64,000 nt of DNA, taken from the NCBI GenBank assembly GCA_951406725.2, contig OX597830.1, positions 35,836,001 to 35,900,000 on the forward strand. Reading direction: 5' to 3'. The translations under genes were made by a program, and so were the position numbers. Within the stretch, counting starts at the first letter, position 1; the number at the start of each line of letters is the position of its first letter. Below the pieces are notes generated by a model. The model was not told the origin of the DNA and did no database searches. It saw only the letters and a list, made by a program, of their open reading frames with translations. Source of the DNA: Octopus vulgaris (lineage: Eukaryota). Of the stretch, positions 28,763 to 42,516 are shown piece after piece.

Positions 28763-28913
28763 TTTTGTGTTTATGTTTTCGTTTCTCATTGTGTTCGACG
28801 TATTTTGGTGTCCTGTACCCATATATGCATGTATATATACATGTAGAGGTAGGTACGTACATATATGTATGTATATATGCATGTTTTATTTATTTATTAA
28901 TTTATATATATAG

Positions 28914-29031
<118 letters not shown>

Positions 29032-29113
29032 CGTATAGATCGATCGATAGATAGATAGATATGAATATATATATATACATAAAATTAGAAAAAAAACACC
29101 TTTTATCAATTCA

Positions 29114-29149
<36 letters not shown>

Positions 29150-29659
29150 TTATATGTGCCTATATGTGTTTATTTGTGTGTGTGTATGTGTGTGCGTGTG
29201 TGTATGCATGCGTGTATGTATGTATAAACATATACTTTTGAGATCAGAAAAAATATAACATAATTCTCACGAGTTAAAACATTAATTTACAAGATAAATA
29301 CAAAAGTTCAGCAAAAACTACCACAGCATTTTTAGCCAAAGAAAAGTATTAAACATTGCTTAGATGCGAAATAAAAATAATTTGGTAGTCATACATCACT
29401 AAAGTAAATACCTATTTGCCGGAACAAAAGGGAAAATGATTTACTCGTCTACATAAACGAGGTAATAAGTTTCTAATTGTCTGCAAAAGAACAGTTTAAG
29501 ATATCTATAAAGGATGTATGGAGTTACACTTCATCTATTGATCAGTGGAGGATTTGTGAGAGTTTATCTTTTGTCTTGCCAAAAACTGACGACGATACAT
29601 GAAAGCGAGAATAACTGGTGAGCTATGCACTTGCTCATAAATTGGGACCCCAGTATATC

Positions 29660-29895
29660 TGGGGTTTTTTATTACCCACAAGGGGTTAAACATAGAGGGG
29701 ATAAAGAAGGGCGGATAGACGGATTAAGTCGATTACATCGACCCCAGTGCGTAACTGGTACTCAATTTATCGACCCCGAAAGGATAAACGGCAAAGTCGA
29801 CCTCGGCGGAATTTGAACTCAGAACGTAACGGCAGACGAAATGTGACTACGCATTTCGCCCGGCGTGCTAACGTTTCTACCAGCTCGCCACCTTC
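29660..29895 (-). mobile_element. SINE family B monomer with 17-bp target-site duplication
   Basis: TSD tgggaccccagtatatc at 29643-29659 and 29896-29912; the body is the reverse complement of 58117-58349. Confidence 0.92.
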
Positions 29896-30736
29896 TGGGA
29901 CCCCAGTATATCGAACGACTGAACACAACGGTCATGGCAAAGACCGTTAGTAGACATGTTTGTGCTTGTTTAGTTGTCAACATTGTCGCACAATAAGGTA
30001 GGCTTTAAGCACAGAGGTCGCTAGAAATAAAAATGGTCCGCAATTTATATGAACACATATGACATTGAAGACAAAAGAGGTACTGTGAATATGTGTCCAT
30101 TTTTGGGTGAAAAAATAAAGTTAAGAAAGCTGTGCAGGAATGGATGTTATGCTCGTGTCAACACGGGACATTTCAGAGCTTTCTTTGCAAAGGTAATGGA
30201 AAAGTGTAGAATGAAATACAGAAGAGCGAACGCACGACCAACAACAGTGGAATTTACAAGCTGTCATTTCTAACACCACCCTAGGCACATTTCTGACTGC
30301 AGCCTTGTTTATAGGACAATACATCGTCTTGTCATCAATGATAGAAGCAATCGACCAGTATTTCGCTGGTTCGAATACACACTGTCGTACCACCGTATAA
30401 ATTTTCAACAATAAGAGAGGCATGGAGACTCCTGCAGTAGGAAAATCTCCCTAATATAAAAGTCGAACTCAAATGAAAGGCAAGGTGACATACGAGGAAA
30501 GTTCTATCTACTCTATGAAGTTACAACGTTGACATTGCTCCGACACATGAATTACACAAAGACGTCTTCAAGTCTGCATTTTTAGCACCGGGATACGGAG
30601 AACATGGGATCAGAAGTGGACCCAATTTTAAACCCTGTGACATTTTCTTTCCTGAATATATGTGAGTGGATGTGCTTTGTTTTATCGTTTTGTACTTTAA
30701 TTTTCTTTGTAAGTATATTTATGTTTAATATGCATA

Positions 30737-30793
<57 letters not shown>

Positions 30794-31211
30794 ACACGCA
30801 CATTAAGATAAAAGAAATAGTCTCAATACATTGTATAACGTCTTTTGACTCACAGCTCGTTTTATGATCCTTTCAATAAAGACCACTGCCCCCCCCCCAC
30901 TCTCTCTCTCCCTCTCTCTCTCTCTCTCTGTTGGATGCCAGGATGTTCTTCTTTTACTACATGATGTTTTATGGATGAATGTCTCTGGTGGCAAGAAAAA
31001 GTATTTATTATTATTGTTTGATTTACGTTTTCAATAATTTCGCGTTATTTACTTACATAAGGTGAACGGGGCAGCGTGCACAGCTATTATATAAACAGGC
31101 TAAGTTATAAATGCAAAGATGTTAGCATTCAGTGCAATATGTGTAAAACAGTATGGATAGGCAAGAAATAGGGTGAAGGCGAGAAAAGAAACCCGGAGAC
31201 ACAGATAGCTA

Positions 31212-31246
<35 letters not shown>

Positions 31247-31603
31247 AGAGAGAGCGAGAGATAGAGAGAGAGATTCTAAGTGAGAGAGCAAATGAATAAA
31301 TGAGAGTGAGAATGTGAGAAATAGGATAAAGGATAAATATAGCGGAAGAAATAGAGGAAAGTAAAGGCGAGTGAGATTGAAGAGAGGGAAGTCAGTATCT
31401 GAAGTTAAGAAAGCAGTTTTATTAAGAGGGCCTGCAGTGGAATGGAACTCCAAATATGTATGGTAATGGATAAGAAACCTAATTGTATCAAGTGGACTTG
31501 GAATATATTAATCCACAGCTCACCTAGTATCAAGGAGCTGAGATTCGTAGCGTTACTGTAGAAATACACCCGAGATAACCGCAGAAACGATGGTGCCCCA
31601 TAC

Positions 31604-32025
31604 CAAGTCGGTGAGCTGGCAGAAACGTTAGCAGACCGGGCGAAATGCTTAGCGGTATTTCGTCTGCCGCTACGTTCTGAGTTCAAACTGCGCCAAGGTT
31701 GACTTTGCCTTTCATCCTTTCAGCGTCGATTAAATAAGTACCAGTTACGCACTGGGATCGATATAATCGACTTAATCCGTTTGTCTGTCCTTGTTTGTCC
31801 TCTCTGTATTTAACCCCTTGTGGGTAGTAAAGAAATAGGTATTTCGTCTGCCGTTACGTTCTGAGTTCAAACTCCGCCAAGGTTGACTTTGCCTTTCATC
31901 CTTTCGGGGTCGATAAATTAAGTACCAGTTACGCACTGGGGTCGATATAATCGACTTAATCCATTTGTTTGTCCTTGTTTGTCCCCTGTATGTTTAGCCC
32001 CTTGTCGGCAATAAAGAAATAAAGC
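31604..32025 (+). mobile_element. SINE family B dimer
   Basis: Head plus two 184-bp units starting ggtatttcgtctgcc at 31654 and 31838. Imperfect TSD aacgatggt.cccc.ac at 31586-31603 and 32026-32042. Confidence 0.92.
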
Positions 32026-32489
32026 AACGATGGTTCCCCTACAACGTCAAATACAGGAAGTGTGGCCACAAGTAGAAAATGTCAAATGAAGGATTCTTTA
32101 AACAACTCTCTACGAATTACAGCTTTTCTCAAAGATAGATAAGTTCGCATAATGGACATTTCCTCTTGAAAATGAAATGTGCCAATGAAGAAATGTCTAC
32201 GTGTTGGTTCGATTTATTGGAAATGGCACACAAAATGTTTTCCTTAAATCCTTCTTTATCGAAAAACACATTAGATTATTTAGACATGGACACTGTCCAA
32301 AAGTTTGGTTACTCTCAAAGTAACTTTCCCATAAATCTGCTGCAGGATCGAATGTCACCGGGGTGGGGGGTCATCGTAACAAAAAAAAAAGAGAAAACTA
32401 AATCATAGAACAGAATTGATTAGCTGATGGGTTTAACATATCACGTCTGCACTACAAGGTGTTTACGGTCATTATAAAAACTGACAAAA

Positions 32490-32918
32490 GCAACGAACTA
32501 CCAGAATCGCACGCGAATAAAACTCTTCACGTATTGAATTCAAATATCGTCGCAGTATTTCGTCCGTCTTTACGTTCTGAGTTCAAACTTCGCCGTGGTT
32601 GAGTTTGCCTTTCATAATTTCGGGGTCGATAAAATAAGTAACATTTGAGTACTGGGGACGATGTAATTGACTTAGCCCCTCCCCTAAGATTAGTGGCATT
32701 GTGCCAAAATTTGAAGCCACTATTTAGCAATCGTAGGCGGTAAAATGCTTAGCGGCATTTCAACCATTTGTACGTTCTGAGTTCAAATTCCGCCGAGGTC
32801 GACTTGCCTTTCAACCTTCTGGGGCCCGGATAAAATATATATCTGTGGAATACTGGGGTCGATGTAATCAATTTAGCAAATTCTCGTAAATTTCTGGCAT
32901 TACCCCAAAATTTGGAAT
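32490..32918 (+). mobile_element. Two SINE B copies (short-tail subfamily)
   Basis: tacgttctgagttcaaa..cgccg.gg..gccttt..gggg.cgat occurs twice; tails are of the ggcattgtgccaaaatttg type. Confidence 0.8.
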
Positions 32919-32925
32919 TTATATA

Positions 32926-34271
32926 CAAGGTGGGAAAGCAAAACTTGGCATATTTTTGAAGCCTTATTTTCCATATATTCATGAGCGTAAATACTAAAAT
33001 ATTGTTTTCTATTTTAGGTTGGAAATATATAGAGTTATTATAAGCAGAAGTTCCAGTAATGCGATCTAGTATGTCCACTCAAGAAGCTAGAGACAACGCA
33101 TTGCAGATATGCTTCGTACCGCGGTTGCAATTAGACGTACTGCTGAGACTGTCGGGACCTCAGTGAGCACTGTATACAACGTTAAGAACCGAATGCTGGA
33201 TATAGGAGGCGCAAACGCACGGGCGGGCAGCTGAAGACCTGGGCAACGACGATAAAGGAGGACCTCTCCGAACTGTCAGGTCCGCAGGTGGTCGGTCTGC
33301 GCAGATGGAACCGCGAATGGCTCGCTATCTCCAGTGACCTCGCACGGGACCGTCGAGCCTGGGCCGCCATGGTTCGTGATGCCGTCAAGACCAGAGAAGA
33401 AGTCGGCTCACCCCACCCTGGGTGAACACCGTCACAAGAACAAATACAAGTAAGTCATATGTGCGGACCCCGAGACACCTATTGACCCATGCAATGGAAA
33501 CCAGAAGGCATGAAAGGGCCAAAATGTGTTTCGATGCCTGAAGCACAATGGACAAACAGTCAAAATCTTTTCAGATGAAAAATCTTTACCATTGATGCTG
33601 TTTCAAACCGTTGCAATGCTCGGTACATTGCTAAGTCACCTTCTGTAGTAAAGGGCGTTTTTAGGACCAAGCACTCAGCTCAAGTCATGTTACTTGGTGA
33701 CGTGGCGTCTGACGGGAAAAAAAGATACCTCTTTATTTTTCCAAGTCTGGGGAAAATGTGAGGGCTAAAGTTTATTATAAAGTCCTGCGGTATAAGGTCT
33801 TGCTTTGGCTGAAGTCTAACTTCTCCAACGGTAACTATGTTTGGATCCAAGATGGTGCGCCTGTTCATATAGCGAGGAAAGAGCAGAAATTCTGCGAAGA
33901 CAACTTCATCAACTTTTGGCCTGCCAACTTCGGGCCTTCTTCCAGCCCAGACTTGAACCCTCTGGACTATGCCGTATAGGGCAAATTGGAGCACTCTATC
34001 AACAGAACATCACAGTGTTGATTATTCTAAGCGAATCCTGACGGAAGGGTGGGACAACATGACTGAGTACTTCATCATGAAGAGTTGTGACGCCTTCAAG
34101 CGGCATGTGAAGGCTGTGGTGGACAATGAAGTTGGACATATTGAACGGAGTGTCTCTTTATACCCCTTTAAACTTGTGTTACAATTATATTTACGTCAGG
34201 TTGCTTCTTGTCGTAAAATAAACAATTTGGTGAATTATCTATTATTTTCCAAGATTTGGTTCCCCACCTTG
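32926..34271 (+). mobile_element. Decayed DD37D (maT) Tc1/mariner-superfamily transposon
   Basis: TIRs caaggtgggaaagcaaaacttgg (after TA) and ccaagatttggttccccaccttg. Pseudo-ORF from ATG 33071: HTH (IADMLR..AETVGTSVSTVYNVK), KSYVRTPRHLLT, VKIFSDEK, VASDGKK, WIQDGAP, then SPDLNPLDY with 37 residues between the last two Asp. Frameshifts and stops. Confidence 0.92.
33198..33455 (+). mobile_element. 5'-truncated RTE-clade LINE 3' end nested in the maT element
   Basis: Stop-free frame RRKRTGGQLKTWATTIKEDLSELSGPQVVGLRRWNREWLAISSDLARDRRAWAAMVRDAV...PG* ending at 33425, then a short caagta-type tail. Confidence 0.85.
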
Positions 34272-34304
34272 TGGTGTGCTTCCCGAAGCACGCCGAGAAA
34301 TTGT

Positions 34305-34665
34305 TTAGTTCAAATTCCGCCGAGGTCGACTTTGTCTTTCATCCTTTCGGGGAAGCCGAATAAAATTAGTATCTGCGGAACACTGGGATCGATGTAATCA
34401 ACTTACTCCCTCCCCGTAAATTTCTGGCCTTGTACCAAAATTTGAAATCAATATAGTGTGCTTCCCGGAGGGGATAGGCTGGCAGAACCGTTATCATGCC
34501 GGGCAAAATGTTTAGCGGTATATCAACCGTCGCAGTGTTTTGAGTTCAAATTCCGCCGAAATCGACTTTGCCTTTCATCCTTCCGAATAGAATAAGTACC
34601 AGTTGCGCACTGTGGTCGATGTAATCGACTTACACCCTTCACCCAAATCTGCCAGAATTTGAAAA
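34305..34665 (+). mobile_element. Two SINE B copies (short-tail subfamily)
   Basis: gttcaaattccgccga..tcgactttg.ctttcatcctt repeated. Confidence 0.85.
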
Positions 34666-35254
34666 CAGTAAACTACGTGTCTCGAAGTACTGCACTTAAC
34701 GTATAAACATTGGGCTAAAAAAATCATTTGGATTTGAAAAGTCGAAGGCCACACTTGGATCCGGGCCCTCGACTTATCTCATCAAAAGAGTTTTTAAAAC
34801 GACATTTACACTCTATAATTTATAGCTTTATTTGCTTCAAGATCCACTGATTCAAAACTAGAAACAATTGTTTCACGTCCTCTTCTTATGTTCTTATGAC
34901 ATCAACAGCACTTAATATTTATATGACTAAGATGAGTAAGTTGTGGTAGTTGGAAGTTGGCTTTCGGTCCCAGGAGCATACAATACTGCAAAATAGCAGA
35001 GAGAAATGATGGAATTCAGTTGATACTCACTTCATCTGCCGGGGTACCTCCTCCGATTCATGCATCAGCCATTAAATGGACGAAGGTGTTTCTTTCATAA
35101 TTTATCACTACAAACACTGGGAAATCGTATCAATCTTCACAATGGATCCTCACCAACACAAACACAGCCAATCAGATAGACATACATAGAGATACACACA
35201 CACATATACACATACATACATATATATATACATATATACATACAACATGCATGC

Positions 35255-35285
<31 letters not shown>

Positions 35286-35349
35286 CACAAAATACACACA
35301 CACATATGTGTATACGCTATACGCACATATACGTATATGTATATATGTG

Positions 35350-35412
<63 letters not shown>

Positions 35413-35486
35413 CATATGTGCACACACACACATATATATGTCAATTTACATATGTATATACATATATGTTTATATACATATGTATG

Positions 35487-35558
<72 letters not shown>

Positions 35559-35975
35559 TAGATAGATAGGTATGAATATATATATATATGTGTGTGTACA
35601 TATATATGTGTGTCTATGTATACACACACACTATACTCATATGCATGTGTGAATGCGTTCAGATGTGCAACTTTTCATGGTGTTTCACACACCAGTGAAT
35701 TCATTAACTGTTTAGGATGTCAGGAGCAAGTCAGCTTGGCGGAGACCATCATTCTCCCAACTTACTCAGTTTGGACAATTCAGAAAAGAAGGATAAACTC
35801 ACCTAACCCACCCCGTATATATATATATGTGTGTGTGTGTGTGGGTGTGTGTGTGTGTGCGTGTGTGTGTGTGCGTGTGTGTATATATCAATACATATAC
35901 ATATATATATACATCGGTATATATATATATATATATATATATACATGCTCATATGTATATTTATATATGTGTATA

Positions 35976-36022
<47 letters not shown>

Positions 36023-36972
36023 ATAGATAGATAGATATACACATATATACATATATGTAAATGTGAGTGTGTATATTTATATATATATATGTTTTGTGTA
36101 TGTGTATGTATGAATGCATGTATGTATGGTATTATGTATGTATGTATGTATGTATGTATGTATGTATGTATGTATGTATGTATGTATGTATGTACACGTA
36201 GAGGAGGATACATACAAAATACATACATACTGATTTGAGCAGCGCTGAATTTATTTTCACTTCTTTATTTATTTTTACTTATCTTTTTTTTTTCTTTTTG
36301 TCTTTCAATGTAAGATTTTGCAATTTAGAAATTTATCCAGTGCGCCTCTTTGTCTATATACCTACCATTGCCGCCATGTGCATTCCAGAGGGATACTAGT
36401 GAAAATGAAAGAAGTGGTGGGGACGATGATTATAAAGTGTTCCTGTGTGAACAGTTAATTTGTCCATCTATCATGGCGTATTTTTCTCCGTTAGACATTT
36501 TTTTTTTCACTTCTCTTAGCTTGCTGCTTCCGGAATTGAATACTGCTGCAAGACGATGAACCAAACCAAAACTGCACAATTGATTTGCCTATAAATAATA
36601 TTACAAGCATAATAAATACGTACAGAGATCAGTATGTAAGTATATGCGTTGTTATTTATAACATAGGCACACGATTCTACAGCATGCACTTAAGCACAAG
36701 TAATTACACACAAATACACACACACAAACACACATAAACACACTCATGCATACACACACACACATACAAGCAAACATCAACACATACAGGCACGCGTTCA
36801 TGCACACATATCCAGTAGCTATATGTATGTGTATGCGTCTGTGTGTTATTGTGAGAATACCTATATTCAGGTCCGTATACACGTACAAACACGCAGATAT
36901 ATACATATGGATGAATTTATATATCAAACTAACATATACACACATATGTACTTGTGTGTATAGATGGATAGT

Positions 36973-37012
<40 letters not shown>

Positions 37013-37712
37013 TGTATAAATATATGTACACACACGCATATACATATATATATATAGATAGAGATAGATGTCTATATATATATATACATAACCTCCAGAT
37101 CCACCCTCTCATTGAACCAGTCATGCAAAAGTACCAAGCCTAACGACAAGCGTCCATTCGTACGTATGCCACAAGCCTGGCGACGAGAGTCTGAAAAGAT
37201 CGATTTTTTTCCCCTTCTCTCACCACGAAAGATATTCGTTGCTTGACAAAAATTCGGATGAATATTTCCTTAACGCGGTTCTTTTCTCTTCCTTGAGTCA
37301 GCCGAGGTAAAGAACGCGGTCCTTAATATTTTCCTTCATTGGCAGATAGCCTACTGTTTAATTCACTGCATCCTGCCAATTCAGTTCGGAGTTGTTAACT
37401 GCAAGTGCACCAGTGAATACGCTCACACATTTGTGTTTTCATGTGTGTATGTATGTATATGCATATATATATATATATATATATATATGCATATATACGT
37501 ATATGTATGTATATAGATAGATATATAGGTAGGGAGGGAGGTAAGTAGGTAGGTACATACGTACGTATTTAGGTAAGTAGGTAGGTAGATATGTAGGGGG
37601 ATAGACAGACATACACACATATAATGGTATGTTGGGAGGGAGAGAGCAGGAAGACCGACAGAGAAACAGACAGACGGACGAACGGATAGATGGATGGATG
37701 GATGGATGGAAT

Positions 37713-37782
<70 letters not shown>

Positions 37783-37791
37783 AAGGGAGAC

Positions 37792-37836
<45 letters not shown>

Positions 37837-37855
37837 AAGCGATAAATAGAAAATT

Positions 37856-37904
<49 letters not shown>

Positions 37905-38145
37905 TGTAACTTCGATGTTTGTCCCAGAATTTATATCAGGTATAATCAAATGCGTAGGTATGTATCATTGTATATGTGTTGTTGTTAGATCCTCGTGAAA
38001 GCACAGGAGTCGTTTTTAAGTATTCTTGGAGGAAGCATTGCACTCCTATAGACGTGTGTCTGAGTTTTCTATGTTTAATATATGCATTGCCTCTCCTCAC
38101 GGATTTCCAGAATTTCAAATTCCTGGAGTTCGGCTGGGGACGCAA

Positions 38146-38249
38146 GTCACGTGAATATTCAATTGGCGAAAGCTGTAGTGACGTCAGTATTGTGGCAATG
38201 AGTTTTCCTGCTGGCGTATTATATGTACGAATATAAGCATGCGGTAAGT
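38146..38249 (+). promoter_or_regulatory. Candidate promoter/enhancer motif cluster plus 5' splice site
   Basis: GTCACGTGA 38146-38154, ATTGG 38162-38166, TGACGTCA 38179-38186, then ATGCG|GTAAGT with the donor GT at 38244, all in non-repetitive sequence. Confidence 0.35.
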
Positions 38250-38509
38250 TTTGAGACGAGAAATCACAACTATTCATATATATATTACATATACGCCTGT
38301 GTGCCTGTATGTATGTAAGTATGTACATTAAAAATGTATGCATGAATATATTCGGATGTGTATACACACACATACACACACACACATACGTATATAACAT
38401 TATACATATCCTCTAAGTTCATTTACGGGAAACGTTTTGAATATGCGTATAAAAGCTCCAATTCTATTATGTCAGCAACAGCCTAACACCACACACACAT
38501 ACACACACG

Positions 38510-38549
<40 letters not shown>

Positions 38550-38713
38550 CACATATACATATATATATACATATATATACATACACACACACGCACACAC
38601 ACACATCTGTACATATACCCTCTGTCACTTTTGTAACAACTGTTAATTTTGCTTTTAGGTTCTAATTGCTAATAAGCCACCCTTTTTAATTTGTTTAAAT
38701 ACATGTGTGTGTG

Positions 38714-38761
<48 letters not shown>

Positions 38762-38935
38762 ACCGTCATTAAATATGAGTGAGGGTGCAAGTTTGATGAC
38801 TGTTGTAGTTTCCCTTTTGTGTACACATTTGCCCACCGCTGCCTAAATCAAATAGTTATATGTATGTTCCTTCTAGTATGTAAGGCGACCTGTTAAGGGT
38901 CACCTCATTTGTGTTTAAATGTACACTATTTTATA

Positions 38936-38988
<53 letters not shown>

Positions 38989-39076
38989 TGTATATATATA
39001 TATATATACAGATATATACATATACATATATATGTGTGTGTGTGTATGTATATATATATATATATATATATATTGT

Positions 39077-39139
<63 letters not shown>

Positions 39140-39300
39140 TCTATGAATATATATGTGTGTGTCCATGTATGTATATGTATGATTTATGACAATCAGTAAG
39201 CTGTCACTATAGTACTCGAAGTTTCGAATGTCGAAGCGAAGAGCTACGATGCATTCGCGAGGTCTCATTCTTTTGTTGTCACTTATAATTATTATTATTA

Positions 39301-39412
<112 letters not shown>

Positions 39413-39474
39413 CATCATCATCATTATTATTATTATTATCATCATCATCATCAACATCATCATCATCATCATCA

Positions 39475-39544
<70 letters not shown>

Positions 39545-39807
39545 CATTATTATTATTGTTATTATTATATAGCTATTCAATAACTTACATGGCTTCATAC
39601 ATGTCTGAATACATGCACAAATACAGATACCCACAAGTAATGTACATAACTATATATACTAATATGCGTGTGTGAGTGTGTGAGAATGTACGCGAGAGAG
39701 TGAGTGAGGGAGGTTTAAGAAAGACAGTTAGACAAACCGATAGACAGATAACAGACAGACAACAGACAGATAAAAAGACAAAGTGTGTATCTGTGCGTTT
39801 GTGTAAA

Positions 39808-39909
39808 TACTCTCGTATAAAACGTGTGTTTATGGTGGACATACTCTCGTATAAAATCGTTGCTTATGGTGGACATATTCTCGTATAAAACCGTTGCTTA
39901 TGGTGGACA
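39808..39909. repeat. 34-bp minisatellite, three units
   Basis: ta.tctcgtataaaa...tg.ttatggtggaca three times head to tail, without spacers. Confidence 0.9.
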
Positions 39910-40766
39910 GGGAAAGAGTAAATCGCAATATGCACATTTGTATATGTGCCCGAGTATGTGTGTTTCCATCTGTGCCTTTACTGGTATACGCTTATTTATT
40001 CTGATCGCAAGTTTTCACTGATTTGTGTATGTATTTCTGTGTTAAAGAGGAAAGGTCCATGGATACACGTACATATTATTCATACAACCTTACGCAAATA
40101 CATAAAGCGGTTATTGTTTCCCTTATTGCTTTTCTGTAATATGTTTTGTTTATTCGTTTATATCTTTTGCTTTTGTCTTGTTTATTTGTAGCTTTTTTTA
40201 ATTTATTTCAGTTATTATTTATTTATGTTCTTTTCAATGAGGTTTGAAAGAAATTAATTGTTCGTCGTAAAAGAGGTAAATATGGAAGCAACACTAAATA
40301 CGATGCCAGCAGCAGCAGCAGGAGCAGCAGTAGCAGCAGAAAGAATAGCAACAACAAATATGACGGCGATGACAAAAACAAGAACTGGTAATAGCGACAC
40401 CACCAGCAACAGCAACAACAACAACATCAACAACTACAACAACTACGAGGTTTGCAGCAGAAACGTTATCAACAATATCAACAACTGCAAGAGTAACAAA
40501 CAACACGAACGTAATGAAAAATACCAACAACAACAAGAATAAAAAGAAGGCAAAAATAACCAAGAATATTGCAAGAAAAATGAGAAGAACCACGATAGCA
40601 ACAACAACAGTAGCTGCAGCAGTAACCGTAGACCGACAAGCAACAATAAGAGAAACATGTAAAACGAAGAGAAAAGCAAGAGCAGAAAATGCGAAAAAAT
40701 AAAAAAAAACACACTTAAACAAAAATAACAACCACTGCTATTACTACTACTACTACTACTACTACA

Positions 40767-40799
<33 letters not shown>

Positions 40800-41131
40800 G
40801 CTACTACCACCACCACCGCTACTACTACTGCTGCTGTATATATATGTAGACAACATAAATAAGCAGAAAAATGTCTTGAGACAGTTGAAAAGTGACTCAG
40901 ACAAGCCAAGACTGAGACAAGATTCCTACCGCCAGATTCGGGATGAATTGGAGAGGGGGAAATTGAAAGTAATAGGAAGAGGTGAAATGAAGAGGGAGGA
41001 GAAGTGATGGGAGAACAAAAGGCCGTGTCTGTGGGCACATATGTGTTGAACTATCTACACACACACACACACACACACATGCACACACACACAAACACAC
41101 ACATGCACACACACACACACACGCACACACG

Positions 41132-41202
<71 letters not shown>

Positions 41203-41203
41203 A

Positions 41204-41626
41204 GGCGCAGGTATGGGTGTGTAGTAAGAAGCTTGCTTGCGTACCAACCACATGGTTCCGGGTTCAGTCTCACTGCATGGCACCTTGGGCAAGTGTGTTG
41301 TGCTATAGCATCGCGCCGACCAAAGCCTTGTGAGTGAATTCGGTAGGCGGAAACTGAAAGAAGCCTGTCGTATACATACATATATATATATGTGTGCGTG
41401 CGTGTGTGTGTGTTTATATTTATGTGTTTGTGCCTCTGTTTGTACCTCCACCATCGCTTGATAACCGACCTTGGTGTGTTTACCTCCCCGAAACTTAGCG
41501 GTTCGGCATAAAATATCGATAAAATAAGTACGAGTCTTACAAAGAATAAGTCCTGGCGTCGATTTCTTCGACCAAAAGGAGGTGCTCCAGCATGACCACA
41601 GTCAAAATGACTGGAACAAGTAAAAG
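41204..41626 (+). mobile_element. SINE family A
   Basis: Full-length homologue of 8249-8635. Confidence 0.9.
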
Positions 41627-41684
41627 TGCAGAAGTACATACACATTTATTTGTATCTAGATGCATACATATACACACACAAACA

Positions 41685-41718
<34 letters not shown>

Positions 41719-41774
41719 TACACACATACATATATACAAATGCATAGATAGATAGATAGATAGATAGATAGATT

Positions 41775-41841
<67 letters not shown>

Positions 41842-41898
41842 TGATAGATAGATATACAGACAGATAGATAGGTGTGTGTGTATGTATGTATATATATA

Positions 41899-42062
41899 TT
41901 CTTTTATTCTGTTATTTGTTTCAGTCATTTGATTGCAGCCATGCTGGAGCACCGCCTTTAATCGAGCAAATCCATCCCAGGACTTATTCTTTATAAGCCT
42001 AGTACTTATTCTATCGGTCTATTTTGCCGAATTGGCAAGTTACGGGGATGTAACCACACAAG
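41899..42062 (-). mobile_element. SINE family A, 3' half
   Basis: ttgtttcagtcatttga..gcagccatgctggagcaccgcc is the reverse-complement tail. Confidence 0.85.
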
Positions 42063-42348
42063 CGATAGAGGGGGCACGTGAATCTGTCTCTTCATTGCTA
42101 GAAGATGCAAGTAGTCTCACAAACGTCTTCATGCACCAGTAGATTGCTATTTCGAACAAACACACGTTTTCTTTGTAAAGCTATATTCAGTTTTCAAATC
42201 ATTGTATTTCACACAGACATTTTAGCATTCTCAGTAAGTGTAAATATCTCGATTAGACGAGACGTGGCTATATGAATGTAGAAGTTTTTATGTATGTGTG
42301 TGCATGTATGAGAGAGAGAGAGAGATATAGAGAAAGAGAGAGAGAGAG

Positions 42349-42412
<64 letters not shown>

Positions 42413-42516
42413 TGTGTGTTGTTTAGTAAGTCTGATACAGACCTATGCAACTTAAAGTGTCGTAGGCTCGTTCATCGAGGCTAACTCCTCAAATCCAAAG
42501 TTCCGAATCATATATA

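Noticed and set aside
29960-30660. Complex sequence with 74-100 aa ORFs on both strands
   Set aside because: No recognisable motif or splice structure; probably an unidentified old TE.
39808-39909. CRISPR-like array (34-bp repeats; also the SINE B trimer)
   Set aside because: No unique spacers, no cas genes, and a eukaryotic context.
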